From Macrostomum lignano (taxonomy: Eukaryota), in NCBI GenBank assembly GCA_002269645.1, contig NIVC01001148.1, forward strand, positions 35,253-99,252: 64,000 nucleotides of DNA, in the 5' to 3' direction. A model generated the notes under the pieces. That model did no database searches and had not been told where the DNA came from. It worked only from the letters and a program-made list of their open reading frames with translations. Of the stretch, positions 61,223-64,000 are shown one piece after another (the first letter of the stretch is position 1; every line of letters starts with the position of its first letter). The position numbers and the translations under genes were made by a program.

Positions 61223-63549
61223 TTCTGGTTGGGTAGAGCTTGAAATTTGTTGGCTAAAAGAGACGGAGTTCTAAGCCGAAATTCTGCTCTCCAAACTCTC
61301 CGCCCTGGCAAAGTGGCTCCATTTATAGCACCGGCTTGGAATGGTGGGGGACAATGTTCGTTACCTTAGGGGGAAATTCCAATGTGCCATATTCAAACTT
61401 GACTGATAAACCGCTGGGAAGGTACTAGTAAACCTTCCTTCACGCGCTAACTGAAAAGCAATACTCTGCGGTGGAAAGACCTGCGCACCGCTACGGCGGA
61501 TTCAAGGTGACTTAATAAATGACCAAAAGTGTCACACCCATGGCAAAGGCTGACTTGTAGAGATTGGGGGTTCAGGTTCGATCACACTATGGCGCCATTC
61601 TTGAAAATGCCTGGCAAAAAAGCCGCTACGGGAAGTGGGCCAGAATAAAGCTGTAACCGAGTTAGTTACCGAGACAACCAATCCCGCTCTGGGCCAAAGC
61701 CCTGTACTTAATAAGCGCATTAGCACTGCAATGTTCATGAACGCACACAGCACAGTTATACAGCTGCAAAAGAGGTGATTCGCTGGACAACTCTTTAGTG
61801 CGCTTGAAAGGAGCGCTACACACCTGAAATTAGAGCAACTGTAGCCAACCCCCTCCAGGCCGTTGAGTTAGTCAACGAGACTGCCAAAGTTCAATCTCTA
61901 TAAATATATAATATAAAATTGTCAAATTTGATTAGAAAAAAATTTCAGATCTTTTTGTACTTTTTAGCAACTACGGCTCGTATTATTCAATGAATTCAGT
62001 GATTTGAAATAAAAGGCCATGTAAAACTAATGGGAATAACTGGGAATAACAAGTATTTATTGGTCAGATAAATGCAAATAATGCAAATTTCAGCTATAAT
62101 TGAAATTCATACGAGTTAGTCACAGCTTTAGGTGGCAAAGCTCATATTCAGCCCAGAAATTGCGACAGTTTGGCCATTTTATGGATAGTCTGCAGCAAAT
62201 GTATGCAAATGTATGATTCATGTTGGACGACTTAAAGCGTTTAAAAGTTTTCTGCAGAATTTTACCAAAATGAAAACACTTCTAACCCATTTTCTACCGT
62301 AAATACCACATGACTTCATATTTTTATCTAAAAATCAAGAAGTCCCCACAACTTAAGATTTTTTGTAATCATAGCGCCCTCAGCCGCATGGAAGTGCGGG
62401 TGTAATTTTCCAAACTGATGCGCCACTTTTAGCAGATACAAGTGGAAGTCTTCCTCTGAGCATGGAATTTTCTTTTTCCTCTGGCTGGGCTTGAAGATTG
62501 CAAAAATTCGGGCTTCATAATTTTTTGACCTCCGACTTGCGCTGTGCAACAGGAATTTACTAGGCAAGTTTTTTAATCAAACAAAAATATGAGTCAAAGT
62601 GCTTTTGTCTTTCTGACTTCGTGGTTGAACACAAGCTCCCCTGTTTTTGCCTTAATTCTCTGCGTTTATATGCTATGGAATCATGGACGATGTCAACCAC
62701 AGACACTTTCATTTGATAAAAACGAAGCTTGTCATGCAGCACAGCAGTCTAGAAACACGTTGCAGTACAGCATATACAGTTTACATGTGAAGGCAATAAA
62801 ATGATCAATTATAATGGCATTCTTGAAGGAGAGATAGCCGCATTAGGCACCGATGAAGTGGAGTTTGTGGACGGCAATTTCGCAATTTGATGACTTCTAG
62901 CCATCGAATCAAGCATAATCGAAGACTTCATGCTCACCACGACCGATTAACCTCAAATGGGCGACCGATTATCCTCAGTTAGATTGCTAATTTGGAGAAG
63001 GCCTCTGCTGTACAGTCAACAGAGAAGCAGACGGCGATCTATGCTTGGAAGAGTGAAGACTTTTCTGGCTGGCTGAACTGTCAGCTTCTACTGCTGCTAA
63101 AACTGTCTGTTTCTAGTGCGTTTAAGGTCGCGTCTGCAACCACCGCGACTGAGAGCCAGCGGGAGCCAACTGTTTAGCTGGAGAAGGAAGGAATCAAGTG
63201 TTTTATCTACATGTAAGTGGAATAACTGATGAGTTTAAGCATCTTAGTACTGACATTTGTTCTATGTTTATGATTGCATCGACATGTTTCCGAGTTATTA
63301 TACGCTGATTTAGTATTCATTTTTGCGGCGCCTACTTGGTACTGCAAGCTTTCAATTTAATCATAGATACGGAAATCAGGCTTCCGAGACAGAAAATTTG
63401 CTGTCTATGGTCGACACTCGTTGGTATAACGGAGTTCAATTTAATCCTGGGGACATCAATTTGATCATTCTATGCATTCAATGCACATTTTTTACTGTCA
63501 GCGAAACCTGTTTTTAATTTGTTTTTACATCATATGATCCTCGAGAGAC

Positions 63550-63950
63550 TACGACGGCAGTCAGGTTCCAGACGTCCATCAATAATCTGGTGCAATGCGT
63601 GACGAGTCGTGGTGATGTACCTTATGGCGAGGAGTTCTGTGTGATCATGGATGGAGCCCGTTTTTCATCATGGAGTGGCAATCCCAGATCAATTTAAGCC
63701 GCTTGGCGCCTGGTGGCCTCCATGCTCGCCATTCCTCAATCCTGTGGAGACGCGCACGACTGCCTGAAGGCAGCCATAAAATGCCAGCTGGCTCAACCAA
63801 AACTGCAAGACACTCCGCCCTGATGGTCATTTGCTACGAGAGTGGCGAATCCTTGTCCTACAGAGGGTTGCAGAGGACGCAAACCCGTGAAGTGACCGTT
63901 GCAAAATGCGGAGGCTGGTACCGGCAGATGCTGAGGTTTATTCCAGCCTG
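63550..63950 (+). mobile_element. Degenerate Tc1/IS630-type DDE transposase fragment
   Basis: Across frameshifts it reads TTAVRFQTSINNL...FCVIMDGARF, PPCSPFLNPVE, LKAAIK, VTVAKCGGWYRQMLRFIP. Confidence 0.72.
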
Positions 63951-64000
63951 ACTCGACGACATCCAACGCTAAAGCTTTTATTTGTTTAGAGTAATGTTCT

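Noticed and set aside
62328-63517. Short ORFs near the window end as a further gene
   Set aside because: No domain similarity or consistent splice structure was found.

Overview
Eukaryotic (metazoan) genomic DNA: GC-rich coding islands in an AT-rich, repeat-dense background, with GT-AG introns. A Macrostomum-like flatworm origin is my inference and cannot be proven from this window. I reconstructed seven host genes by eye: SS18-like (+), an 8-exon srGAP (F-BAR/RhoGAP/SH3, +, including a 55-nt first coding exon missed by the ORF track), a 5-exon Wnt4/Wnt11-class ligand (+), RPS27 (-), a 9-finger C2H2 gene (-) with no visible start codon, a phospholipid scramblase (+) and phosphatidylserine decarboxylase (-). 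The window opens in a truncated Gypsy pol whose integrase is inactivated by a deletion. The intergenic and intronic DNA holds many transposon classes, several recognisable only from structure. These include mariner, maT-like and Tc1/IS630 relics, RTE fragments, a Merlin-like fragment inside an inverted repeat, Mutator/Foldback elements with tandem-repeat TIRs and 9-10 bp TSDs, a Ginger1-like element with a CCGG TSD, a Crypton-like hairpin-flanked module, a 1.07-kb non-coding retroposon with a 12-bp TSD, and several minisatellites. No CRISPR, rRNA or tRNA was found. I see no single new multi-gene system. The best leads are the Crypton-like, Ginger-like and Foldback elements and a possible spliced-leader-supplied start codon.
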